Assembly (NCBI GenBank): GCA_000320545.1
Contig: ADNK01001965.1
Location: forward strand, 83,898-147,897
From: Bigelowiella natans CCMP2755
Lineage: Eukaryota > Protista > Cercozoa
Direction: 5' to 3'
DNA length: 64,000 nucleotides
Shown here: positions 51,887-64,000 of the stretch, in pieces
How positions within the stretch are numbered: the stretch's first letter is position 1
Layout of the letters: each line of letters begins with the position of its first letter
Notes under the pieces: model-generated
The model's database searches: none
Told to the model about the DNA's origin: nothing
What the model saw: only the letters and a program-made list of their open reading frames with translations
Position numbers and translations under genes: made by a program

Positions 51887-51926
<40 letters not shown>

Positions 51927-54221
51927 CGAGAGAGGTGATTATTACTATTATTTGAGCTGGTCCTAAGAATAATCGAGGTCATGAGCCACTACCAAAGCCG
52001 CGTATATACGATTTTTAAGAAAAAAAATAACTAAACAGTAACCTGATCCATGCTGAGGCCTAGCTTCTTAGCTACGACTTCCATGATTCGAATGTTCGCC
52101 TACGGCAATAATTGCGAGGATGATGATGATGAGAAGATTTTACTCAACACGAAGACGTGGTACGGGGCAACGACTGTTCAAGGGGGAACTATCTCAAGCG
52201 GTAGCCTCTCCTTTTACATGCACGTTCAGGGTTCGTAATGTCGAAATTGCTACCTGGTGAAGTAAAAGATGATCAATATCTCCTGCCGTCATTCCAGCAT
52301 TTGCCAGTGCCTCATTTATCACCTTAGGGGGTGGTATGGTGATGACATAACAACGGCGCAATGACCATGTAAGATACGGAATGTGTGGATTATCTTCAAC
52401 GGCCATATATTCCCCGGACAAAACGGCTCTCACCCATAATGAATGCGTACATGCTCAATAATAAATTGAGGATGAGGGAGCCGGGGAACAGCAGCGGCAG
52501 CAGCAGTTATCAAAGACCAAGATCACGATATACACGCAAGAATGGTGGAATGAAAGGTAATCCCAAACATAATATGCGCACACTACGCACGCACCCTCGG
52601 CACTTCGCTGGTGGCGAACTTGTACACTTCTTTTCCATTCATGGTGATTGGGGAGTATCCGCCTGAAAAGGAGAACAAAAGTGCGACGAGATGGGTGGTG
52701 GTGATGGAAGAAACGCGGAAGGAGTAAGGGAGCAAATACGTCGTGCCAACAATAGCAGCATGATGAAGCGAAGGCGCTTGAAACGACGGTCGTTGACTCT
52801 CGACTTCGTCATTCATCATTCATCGCCCCCGGGGGGGTTCAAAAAGATTGGGATATGCTTTTAACGATAGCTTTGATGTGGTAAAAGAGAAGTGGAAGAT
52901 TCGATTCCTTGTTCAAACAATAAATCTCGTGATTACTATTAACTACAACCATCACCTTTTGAAGGTTGATGGCCGCTCTCAAGAGTCTGCTTTTCCCCAT
53001 CAAAAGGAAGGGCCTGGGATATGATTCAGGTATAAGATCTTCATTAGTTTCAAATGACCTAATCCTGCAATTAGATCGCAAAATCTCCGCTTCTACAAGG
53101 CACCACCATCACCACCACCACCATCGCCATCCACCAAAAACGTGGAGGATTAGCTATTGAGCTGATATTTGCCCATCAAAAGCAGCACAGCAGCAGGCAA
53201 AAAATCTCTCCTGGACTACTAGTAGTAACAAAAACAATAACTACTCCGCTACTACTACTACTACTACTACTACTACTCTACTAGTAATAGCGACCAGATG
53301 CTCTTGCTTAGCGCCGTCTGAATGCATAGCGAAGCCAAGCATTCCTGCCTTCGATGACTCCGAAACAGACTTTTGTGCAAAGAGAAAAGGAGAATCAATT
53401 CACTGATAGATTCAACTCATTCCATCCATAAGCAGAAAACCCCCTTTAAAAATGGTTAGTTTTTTGCTTTCTTTTTAAATTTTTTAAAAAATATATGCAT
53501 TACCCTCATCACAACAGCTCCAGCGCCGTCTCCAAAGAGAATACATGAGTTTCGGTCATTCCAGTCAACCCATCTGTGGGGGTAGCATGCAGCAGAAACG
53601 GTAGGATGAGGCAGATGAGGAGAAGGCGGAGGAGACCGAAGGGCGAAAGGAGTGCGTAAGAACGAGGGGGGGATAGAAAGGCGTGGAGAGTGTGAGGACG
53701 CCGAGAGGGGTATCATTCAATCCATTGAATAAGTTGCGCACGATACAGCATTGCCAAGACCTTGAAAGTGCATCAGCGCCCACAACAACTGCATTTTTCG
53801 CAAAGCCCTGTATTTTATTCATTAAAAGGGGGGGGGGGGGGGGGTAAGAAGACAGGGGGAGGCCAGGTGAATGGAAAAGCTTCAGAGAAAAAGCTGTTTT
53901 CTTCTAAAAAAAATGGCGAGTTTGGCATATCTGATATCTGTTGTGGCTGAGCGTTAGAATATAAGGGCGGCTGCTGCTGCTGCTATTATTATCGCTAGTG
54001 CAGTTTTGTTGTTGTCACCACCGTGTCGAGATACTGTCCAGCAGTGATCATTCCAAACATGAAGCCCGAGCATGCAGCAGTCAAGTCGAAAGCAACTGAG
54101 ATAATATGAACAACAAAGGGAGGAGTTGTTAAGTGTCGGCTCTATTTCTCCCCTCTCTCTCTGACTCACCCACGTATTCTTTCGCAACAAATGTGCGCGT
54201 GTGGAGTGGGTGCGTGTGTCC

Positions 54222-54256
<35 letters not shown>

Positions 54257-54646
54257 TCCCCCGTTGATTCACTTGACCATTGCTTCTGCCCTCCCTCCCT
54301 CCACCAATTTCACGATTTCACAATTGCTATAGCACTAGGACATCACGACACTGCTGCTGCTACTACTACTACTACTGCTGCTGCTGCTGTTGCTGCTACC
54401 ACTACCACTACGACTATTATACTACCAGCATTCTTTGCTCCTATTTGGTGAGCCACTGACGTTGCATCACCTACAATTTATGCGCGCATTAGTCGACAAA
54501 CACGGAAGCTGACCACCGACAACATCAAATAGAAGAACTCAAAACGGGGAAATATCGAATGTGCATCATGTATAGAACACGCGCGCGCACGCACGCACAT
54601 GCGCACATGCGCACATAATAATATACATGTGCACAGACCTATGTAT

Positions 54647-54687
<41 letters not shown>

Positions 54688-55640
54688 TTCTATCTCTCTG
54701 TGTGCACGTTTGTTGGCATTTATGTGATTCGTTCTTACCGAAGAGGTCATCAGGAGAACTGGTTGCGACTATCACGAGATCAATATCTTCCCCGCTTACG
54801 CCTGAAATAATAACACATTCAGCGAGAATTAGTGAATGATGAAATGGAAAGAATGCCCGCCTATTGCAACATGAGGGAAAGAGATTCATCATAATGAGCA
54901 TAAGTAGCGTAACATAACCCGCATTCTGTAGTGCGTTTTCAGCCGCTTGAGCTCCGAGAGTGGAAAGGCGCTCCGTTCCTAATAAATTGCTCGTGAGTTA
55001 GATTAAAGATGAAAAGTAGCACGTCTTGTAGTGGATGTCATACCGGTAAGCACGTGCCTACTGCTAATGCCGGTTCTTTGTGCAATCCATTCATCCGAAG
55101 TGTTAACCTGTGCAACGTAAGAGCTGGTCGGTGGCGGTTCATGTGCACAGAATCGCAGCAGCAGCAACAAACCTGCTTCTCAAGGTCCATATTTGTAATT
55201 CTGTCGATTGGAGCAGCGCTGCCACTACCGATAGGTTGGCACTTGAGCAAAGACTTGCCTGCAACCTTCTCCAAGGCCTTTTCCGCTTCGACTGTGTCAA
55301 CCCCCACCGACTGGCACCTGGCGCTACTGCCTTCATATCCTACGCGCTTAGTAAACGAGCTGCTGGCTCCTTGCCCCCCAACGAAGAACTTAGAGGGGGC
55401 TATGTATTTAGGAGAGACCCTTCCTTTCGCAGCGCTACCTCGGGAGAGTGACATAGAGAGAAGATTCGAACTGAGGCAAACAGACATGATAAGCCTTTCA
55501 TTGATCCATTCGCAGCTCAGCAGGTTGACAAACCTTTGGAGAATGATCATCGAAAAAACCAGGACCGATAACATGCATGCAGCCCCGATTGATAGCGAGG
55601 AGCGCATAGCCGACGACGACGTTGGACTGCGTCGTATCAT
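51589..55640 (-). CDS. fabH: 3-oxoacyl-ACP synthase III (KAS III), predicted plastid-targeted, many exons
   Basis: Motifs [34 protein letters not shown] (catalytic Cys), [28 protein letters not shown]|ANIRI (His), YGNTSAGS (Asn), [11 protein letters not shown]-terminal hydrophobic signal is followed by a Ser/Lys/Arg-rich transit-like region. Confidence 0.96.
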
Positions 55641-56374
55641 CGCAGAAATCCAAACGCTCCTAAATTCATTAAGATGCCACACTCTTAGTTCTGGTGGCCA
55701 TGAAGTGCAGAAACAAACATAATGCCAGAAGCACACACGGGCGGAACATCTCCAAAACATCTACATACTCTCGGGGATTGTCAAATTCGGGGTGGCAATT
55801 TCGGCGCGATGGCACCAAGGGGGGGGGGACAGTAGACGTGACGTGCCACGGGGCAAAACCTAGAATTTTTTTAAGATTTACTTCCCTGCAGCAAAAGCAA
55901 ACATGAGCATCAATTCAGAGGTTCTTCTCAGTGTCTCGCATCCGACGGTTGTCGCATGCAACAAACCTCCCACATTCGTGTCGCCAGCTTCTCAGATCTC
56001 GGTCCCGAGAAAGTGTCTCCTAGGTATACCACCCTGTCTACTAGGAAGAATTCACTTCAGATAAATGTCGTCAAATCAAAACGCAGGGGATAGAGCTTCA
56101 AGACCTAACTCACTGAGCAAGTAAGGGCCGGGTCACAAGCCAGACAACCGATTCCTTCTCGGCTGTGCGATAAAGCCGAGAAAACTATCCTGAATTTTCA
56201 AGAAATGCGTGTGATTTTACTAACTGCGACAAAGATTTACAAAATCCTGAGGCCCGAGGAGGAGCCTCTGTGCAGCCGTACTCTTCTCAAACGAGCCCCT
56301 CTCAGAGCACGGAGTAAGCCAATCGAAACCGTCGTTCCTTGTTTGGGGTGGGATATCCCGGCTTCGTATGTGTG

Positions 56375-56383
<9 letters not shown>

Positions 56384-56460
<77 letters not shown>
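56384..56460. repeat. Compound (CT)n(GT)n microsatellite
   Basis: Directly visible. Confidence 0.95.
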
Positions 56461-56463
<3 letters not shown>

Positions 56464-56561
56464 ACATGTGATGCGAGCTGTGGGATGTGTAATGTGTGAT
56501 GTGATAGTTATCAACACGCCTCTGATAGGTCCTGTTAAGCGTAGTCAAGGCGGAAAAGAAT

Positions 56562-57465
56562 ATGTCTCAGGAGAACAAGAGTATGTACGATGAAATCGTA
56601 TGACATCTACGTTGCTTTTGGTTACGGATAGTTATTACATATTCCGCGTCCGAATTTGATGTTTCATTGATTTCATTTTTCCCGCGCCGTCTGCTCCATA
56701 ATGTTTGTTTTGATAGTTTCTGGGACTGTTGTACGTTTTCGCCCATACTTTTTAAAATATCAAAAATTAGGTGGAAAGAATGACAAGCAATCGGAAGAGT
56801 GGGTGGCAATTATAGGCTACGGATCTCTTCTTAGTAAAAAATCTGCCGAGATGACCATGCCATCGCTTCGTCATTTCTGTCCTGTCCTCGTTCCAGGGTA
56901 TAGGCGGTGCTTCAACCTGGTCTCCATCACTCAAATTAAACACGGATACTCAAATTTCAAGACAAAAGAGATGGCGGCAGTCGTGGCTCAACCTATTGAT
57001 AAAAGGAATGATGGCACAGTTAGTAGCCCTATGCTTGCATCATATTTTGAAATACCTAAACATGAATTAGATGGGTATTATCGCCGAGAGGCAAGGTACG
57101 CATTTGAAGTAGCAAAGGTTCTGCCGTGGAACAATGATAGCTGCAAACTAAAAGATGGATTATGTAAAGATGAAGCGATCATATGCGTTGAATATAAGAA
57201 AGGCGACCATGATGAGTACGTAAAAGATATGTTCAAGGGAGATCAGAAGAAGTATCATGAGGCCATTGGTCAATATTACGACGGAAAACTATGGAGGAAC
57301 GATATTTTTCCGGTTGAAAAATACTTACAGCTTTGTATAAGAGGCGCAAGGGAGATAGCGGGTGAAGCTGGTGTTAAAAATTTCCTTGAGACGAGTTACT
57401 TAGCGTGTGGTGAAGTGTCGTTGAAGGAGTATTTAGAAAGGCGCAGCGATTTGAGGAAGAAGTGA
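56562..57465 (+). CDS. Gamma-glutamylcyclotransferase-like (GGCT/AIG2/ChaC fold) protein
   Basis: IIGYGSLLS, GYRRCF and YYRREARY motifs. Predicted first exon MSQENK|SGKND; further upstream exons are possible. Confidence 0.7.
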
Positions 57466-58706
57466 GGACATCAATACTTAGAATGATGTTCTTTGTGCTA
57501 ATTTAACCGTTGAAAAGCTGCTGCTGATTTACAGCACGTGACCTTAGATTCATGCTATTCCCACCACTTTAGTAGATATTTGTCAATGAAATAAATGCGT
57601 CGTGGTTTTGAAAAATGCCACACTTCTTTCGAAGTTCTCAAATTCAACAAATTGTTTAGTGAGAGCTGTCAGTCAAGCATCTTTCGCAAGATTTCAACCG
57701 CACAAACCAAAACCAATCGCGGCAGCACCAAGTTCATATCATTGCTTCAAATTGGAAGCGCAAGTTGACATCACTTCGTGTGGTCATCGTATCAATCAAT
57801 GTGAGGTTGGGCGCTGACACTCAAGCCTGGCGGACATCAATGTTTTGCGCAAGCAATCAATACAGCGCTGCTGAGTATATATGAGCTCGTGCATGTGCAG
57901 ATCTAGAGATGTGTGTGATGTCGGTCATGGCTAGCGACTGGTGGCACGGCACATGTGAACAACACTAGAACAGGTGCAATTTTCGTTTTCAAATCCATGA
58001 TAATTGCATGCTTGAAAGCGGATAGCAGGCTTTGTGCAAGCTTCACTCTACACGCAATGACATGACAATGCAGCTGTGCACACTCAACTGAAAGTGCTCT
58101 CCGGGATGTGATCAACAAGTCCAGAAGTCAAACATGAGTTTCATGCCACTTTCTAGCGTTGCTGAGCTCAAGTAGATGAGTGGGAAAAATTGATGAATGA
58201 ATTGATCATGCACATATTTCACATCGTTAAGATTGCTCAGAGAGTGTTGCCACCTTTTTTTCTCTTCTGGTCGTTGCAGATCGAGTTTTCCCTCGTGATT
58301 GGTGTCACACCAATTGGGGGGGAAAGAAGAAGAAGAGAAGTGTGCTGGAGCGGGAGGCCATCCGCACAGAATGCAACCCGAGAAACTCACACGAGAGCAT
58401 TGCAGATCTCCTCACATAGGACACCCGAGAACACTGTAGATCTAGACCTCGTCAGTGCGGAGAGAAAGAAGTCAATGATTGAACCTCATGTACATTTCAG
58501 TTACCATTAGTTGCTACGAGAAAAGAATTAACGGGAATGTGTCTAATTTAGGCTCAGAAATCCTTGTCGCAGGTAAAAAATCCATCGGTCGTTTTGCTTT
58601 ACCGGTAATCTCCTACGTAACTGTCTAATATCCCTACGAGTATCTCGTCCGCACCGTAGATCTAGAATAAACTAGATCGATCTATCGGGTATCGATCTTT
58701 CCCAGG

Positions 58707-61700
58707 ATGGAGGGGGAGGGACAGGTAAGACTATCGCCTCTTGAACCCCGTATGCCAGCGTGATCTCCCTGAAACTTGTCTCTGCTCTGTGTATCTGTGT
58801 GCGTGTGTGTGTATGTTTGTTTTTGGGTTGGAAATTTCAATGCGTTTGAAAGAGAGACAACAAGGACAGCTGCAACAAAAGAAAACCAAAAAAAACGATG
58901 GACGAATATAGGCTACTGATGATGATCGCTCCGGCGCTCGTCGTGATCCTAAGTAAGCGCAGTTATAGTGAGTGGTGAAGACGCGTTCTTAATAGACGAG
59001 CGATCAACTTGGATTTTTCATCCTTCAGGTGGATCTCCGTATCAAATTGTCCTTCTTGCAGCATTCTACATGGCATTCTTCGCATACTTTGAGGTTCTCC
59101 TTTCACTAAGACACAACCAAATTTACACTAGACAAGAGCATATACAGTCATTGTCAGACACACACGCAGCGTTCTGGGTATTATATCTTTCGGATCAATC
59201 CCTGCCAACTTTAATTTTGCGTATCTCAGCTACCGTCGAAAGTGGAAGGAAAGAAAGAGGAGACTAAAGTTCTCTTGTCCACATCCTGCTCCAGTCTACA
59301 TACAGCCTCTTCTGAGAATCCACTGACACTTGGAACGGAGGAGAAAGAGCCAGCTAAAGAGGGCACCGCCAAAGTTACTGCGATAAGGACTACGAGTCTT
59401 CGGAGCTTCGACGAAAAGGGCGAGAGTGAGAAGAAGCATGGCGTGAAGCACGTCAAATTCACCACGGATGAAAAGAGCAACGACGAGGGGCTGGATGCTG
59501 GGCGTCATTCGAACGATGGATTGTCGCCACCTAAGCAGCTAACACGGCTTTTGTCACTTCCTGACATAGAGGGGAAAGGATCCGAACCAGCTCAGCCGAC
59601 TTGCCCTTTAGATCAAGACGACCTGAACACCACTAATACTGAAAATGCGAGATCTGTGAAGCTCGATCATTCGCAAGATAGCCTAATGGTCAGGAGCGAA
59701 GATTCGCTCGCATCGAAGGTAAGTCTCGCCAGCCGACCCAACGACGTGAAGCAGACCGTTGATGATAACGATGAGAGAATTAGGCTACGACTTCCCGCAA
59801 AAGACCTCGGATACGACCAGAAACTTATCGAGTCCTTTGTAGAGACGATCGAAAAAGTAAAGCCCAGCAACCTTCCAACCATGATTCAGCTGCGATCCAC
59901 CTTTCTCCAGTACAAGAAGAAGGTTGAAGCTAGTTCTGCAGCGGAGAAGAAGACCCTACAAGACGAGGAGTTTGTTTTCGATGTCAATGACGGCGATCTA
60001 GATGATGTAGACGTCAGCAGTGATGAGGAGGAGGATGCAGAAGAGAAAAAAGAATATGCAATGGCGCATCATCGCAAAGGGTTCTTCCGAAGATTTTTCC
60101 ACATCGGCAAGGCTCATAACATCGACTCCCTTCTCACATTTAAGAAGTCGCTAATCAAGAAGGCTCTACTCAAGGTCAACCGAGACCATGACGAGATCGC
60201 CATTCAAACGTTCAAGAACATTATGAGCTTCATGAAGGACAGGTCTACTTCCAAGAGGGCAGAGGAGCACGCTCAGAAGCTCGTCAGCCTGGCGCTGCTG
60301 TCGGAGCAGAGGATACGCGACGAGATTTTTCTGCAGATCATCAAGCAGACTACTGGTCATCCGAAGATCGACCACTGCTTACTCGGCTGGAGCCTGATGC
60401 TGGTCTGCCTTGTCAGCTTCCAGCCCTCTGCGCATATCCGGCTCGAGCGCTACATTGGGAAAGCGATCCAGAACGCGGAGTCCTCCGCAGCCATCAAAGA
60501 GAGAGCGCGGCTTGCGAGAAGGGTGCTGGACATCATCCAGGACCGCGGGGAGCGGGCCGAAGCTCCCTCGAGCGAGGAGATCACAGCCATCATGAAGCTT
60601 GAGCTAGTTCCCGTGACGGTTCGCATTCCTGACACCAACTCAGACTCTAACCACGCTTTAACGGAGATCTTGGTCGACCCGTTCACGACTATCGCGGAGG
60701 CGGAGGAGATGATGATTCGCAAGCTCAACATCAGATTCACGCCAGGCTTCGGTTTATGTGAGGCGCACGACAGCCATCAGGAGCCCCTGCTGGGCGGGCA
60801 GCGTGTGCTGGATGTCACCTCCTCTTGGCAGGACAGCCTACACAAGGAAACTCTCCTGAATTCGTCACTCGCTAACCTTGGTTCTCCATCGCAGCAGCCC
60901 GAAGGCACGAGCGGGGCGAAGCCCGACCACCGGCGAACCAACTCTGTGCCAACAAGCATGACAGCGCTCAGAAAGCGCGCCCATACGCTCCAAGAGATGG
61001 AGGACAGAGAAAAGCTGAAGCTTGACCGCGGCAGGCTTCAGTTCTCAAAGGACAGTTATGAATACCTCCTTTTCCAGTCCCAGATCCCTGTCAACGTCTC
61101 TGGCCCGACGCGCTCGAGGAACATACTGCACGATGAGGTCTCGATCAACCTCCTCTACTGCCAGGCGAAGCGCGACGTGATGCAAAGCCGCATCGCAGTG
61201 GAAGAGAGAGATTTGCCTAAGCTGGCGTCGCTGAAACTGCACGTTGATCAGGGCGACTACAACGCCTCCGTACATGTGCCTGGAAGCTTACTGAAGGATC
61301 TTGAGAAGTACTTTCCAGCCGCGTCGCTGCCAAAGAACAAGCCGAAGTTCCTTCCAGAGCGAAAAGATCTGGAAGAGCAGCTCCTCCACAAGTACAAGAA
61401 GCTTGTCGGCGTGAAGCCACTACGAGCGAAAATCAAGTATCTTGAGTACGCGGAGAAGTCACCGATGTATGGGACGCAGTTCTACAGGGTCATGCAGAAC
61501 AAGCAGCTGCAACATCTTCCTGATTTCATCAATCTCGGCATTTCTTCGCGCGGCGTCGTCTTCCAGAATCCGGCCACAAAGGAAGTGGCGAACCAGTACG
61601 GCATGAAGGAAATAGTTACGTGGGGCCAATCTGCCACCAAATTTTTGCTCGTCATTGGCGACGTGATCCAGCAGAGAAAATTCACGTTCAAGACTCCCAA

Positions 61701-62043
61701 AGGGCTAGTCATCAAGCGGCTGGTGCAGAGCGGAATACAGATCCAAGTGTTCGAGACGCAGACTGCCGAAGCGGTGGCCGAAAACTACGCCACCAACTCC
61801 AAGTTTGGATTGACTACGGTTGCAATGGACACAACTGTTGCTAGATCGATGGTAGACTTGGGTGGTAGGGTCCGCAGGCTTAACAGCCGACCACGATCCA
61901 GGAGTGCGAGCCCCACCGAAAATGCTAGCAGCAGTCCGCGCATGCATTCGCATAGCAGGCTCCAGATTGGGCGTTCCAATACGTTTGCTGAGAACGAAAC
62001 TGTGGCTCAGCCTATAGAAGGTTCCGACGGGAAACACGACTAA
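58707..62043 (+). CDS. MyTH4-FERM domain protein lacking a motor domain, with N-terminal hydrophobic segments
   Basis: MyTH4: LLTFKKSLIKKALL...FKNIMSFMKD...IRDEIFLQIIKQTT...GWSLMLVCLVSFQPS...R.EAPSSEEI. FERM: LLYCQAKRDV, LASLKL, YLEYAEKSPMYGTQFY, LGISSRGV, IVTWG. Short upstream exons encode two hydrophobic stretches, then one 2.8-kb exon. Confidence 0.88.
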
Positions 62044-62842
62044 CTCGAACTTTTTCGCGACAGACTAGTCATAACCATGATGAACAAACCTAAGCAAGCA
62101 TTCAAATGCATTGCATATTTGAGACATGCCGAGGTTTACGAACGCGACCATGTAACACTCTCTTGTACAGCAGTTGTAGAACCATGTCACCTGATGGCAC
62201 GTAGCAGAGTTTCTTTGCACCACGGCGGCCTGGCTAGTGCATTTTATTCAACACATGGTCAATTGCAATATGTGTGTAGCGGAGGGGATTGTGTAATTGT
62301 GTGCGCCTGTGTCACGTTGCATGGCCAGTGCCATGGCAATAGAATGAAGCCTCTTAGGGCTATGGCTAGGTAGCATTCGGCGCATTGACACATGCATCGC
62401 ACCACAAATTTCAGCGATTGACTAAAGATGCGCTATACATATGCGTAAACAACAACGCAAACAGACACATTGTTGTGATCAACACACCTTGCGCCCTCGT
62501 AGCATCATTGCTAGCATTGCAAGACGTAACTGCTGATGTGCGTTCACTCGTTGCCAGACGTCAACAAATCAAAGCAGCAGGTCCTGATTCCATCATGTGC
62601 TACGTACTGCATGCAAGGAGGAAAGGAAGAAATAGGTAATTGTAGGAGCCTATACATGTATGTCACATATGAGACGGATGTAGTAATGAATTGATTAAAT
62701 CTTTTCAATGGTCAACTTAATGTAGCTGTGCAATGCAGAGGCTACAGCGCTTAGGTTCTGTCTGTTTGTTTCCATAGCCACGTGTTGCATGCATGTGAAA
62801 GCAGCTTCTCTGTTTCCGTGTGCAGCATATGTACACATATAA

Positions 62843-62914
<72 letters not shown>

Positions 62915-63594
62915 AAGTCCAAAACTCATTCGAGCATGGAAACGGCTCAGAGGAATGGCTGGAGAATCGCTTTTCGGAGTCGTAGTCCTCTCTCGCCCCA
63001 TCCGCTGGCTACTGTTTGAGGACATCAAAGCATCCTCTTCGAGCTCCTTTGCAGCCGCCTAGCTAGTTATAATGCCTCAAACACTTTCGCTTTCTTCAAG
63101 GGTGTCTTTTCTTCTCCGTCTTCTTCTTCTGCTGCTGCTGTTCTGCCTAACCGAATTCACTTCCTTTTCATCGTCCCCTCCCCCCCCCCTATCATCGGAA
63201 TTAGACTCTTTTGCCACGATGCTTCCAGTGCTTACTGAGATAGTGCCTCGACGCGATCGAGGGGAGGGGTCACTGGTGTTCCCGGTTGCTTTTACCACAA
63301 GAGTGTCACGGTGCAGAAATGCGTGCTGCTTCTCTTTCTTCAGGCGGCCACTGCTGCTGCTGCTACTGCTCGAGCTCGAGAATGCAGGAGGCGATGTCTT
63401 CAGCAGCGATGATGAGGTTATCACACTGGGGGACACAGCTCCATGGGGCGGCGAACCTGCGATGTGTACACACACACGCACACACACACACACATATATA
63501 TATTCGTCGTCAATTGTCTTTGCTCAGGGATGTTCATTCGCATCAGTTTCTGAGACCGACATACCACCGGCATGATGCCCAATCTTGGAGCAGC

Positions 63595-63628
<34 letters not shown>

Positions 63629-63772
63629 GCGCGGTATTGCTAGCAGCAGCTCTACCGAATGGAGCAGGAGTCATGATCGGGGTGGGGCGCTGAGGGGAGG
63701 GGATGGCGGCGGTAACTACTGCCCCGTGGTCTATACTGCTACTGCTGCTCGGGCGATAATGATGATGATGAC

Positions 63773-63803
<31 letters not shown>

Positions 63804-64000
63804 GTGTGCAAAAGCAGTTGATGAGGTAGCGGCGGCGTGTGGAGCAGCAGGCGCGGCTTTGCTCCTGGGAAGAGGAGGGGGGGGGGGGAGGGGTGTGATG
63901 AGAATTTTTCTGCGGACGAAAATGAGGTTTCGGATGCCCCTCAGACTAGGCGGACTCCTCGGGACCTCCCGGTAACCTATCTACGCGGGGATAACAACCC
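62915..64000 (-). CDS. 3' part of a low-complexity hypothetical protein (continues beyond window)
   Basis: Ser/Arg-rich coding-like ORFs 63077-63493 and 62915-63060 flanked by microsatellite-rich intron-like segments. Confidence 0.4.

Noticed and set aside
55009-55722. 237-aa plus-strand ORF
   Set aside because: Antisense shadow of the FabH 5' exons; no motifs of its own.
1-64000. CRISPR arrays, transposons, viral inserts or prokaryotic operons
   Set aside because: No repeat-spacer arrays and no transposase, RT, integrase or capsid motifs were seen. The bacterial-type genes (panC, fabH, DUF2256) all carry spliceosomal introns.

Overview
Gene-dense, intron-rich eukaryotic nuclear DNA, not prokaryotic. 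Most ORF-track entries are exon fragments or microsatellite artefacts, so I spliced genes by eye at GT-AG sites and the boundaries are approximate. A FabH with a signal+transit-type leader, short introns and abundant intronic microsatellites point to an alga with a secondary plastid, most consistent with a chlorarachniophyte (Bigelowiella-like; inference). There are about 22 protein genes: a TPT-family transporter, an IMP1/IMP2-family protein, an EamA transporter, COQ4, MED20, a PptH-like metallophosphoesterase, PanC, an orphan membrane protein, a GILK+RVxF putative PP1 regulator, a UBA + LSD1-type Zn-finger protein, TMEM144, a DUF2256-MTHFR-like fusion, SLX9, a C2H2 TF, an SCP/CTD phosphatase, an atypical CAMKK-like kinase, an AP2-like TF, FabH, a GGCT-like protein, a motor-less MyTH4-FERM protein and a few orphans. 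An initiator tRNA-Met is also present. The best candidates for something new are the DUF2256::MTHFR-like fusion, the putatively membrane-anchored motor-less MyTH4-FERM protein, the initiator tRNA with A29:U41, the PptH-like/PanC pair, a CTAG-saturated block, and a CATG/TGCA-rich signature downstream of most genes. I saw no CRISPR array, rRNA or transposase.
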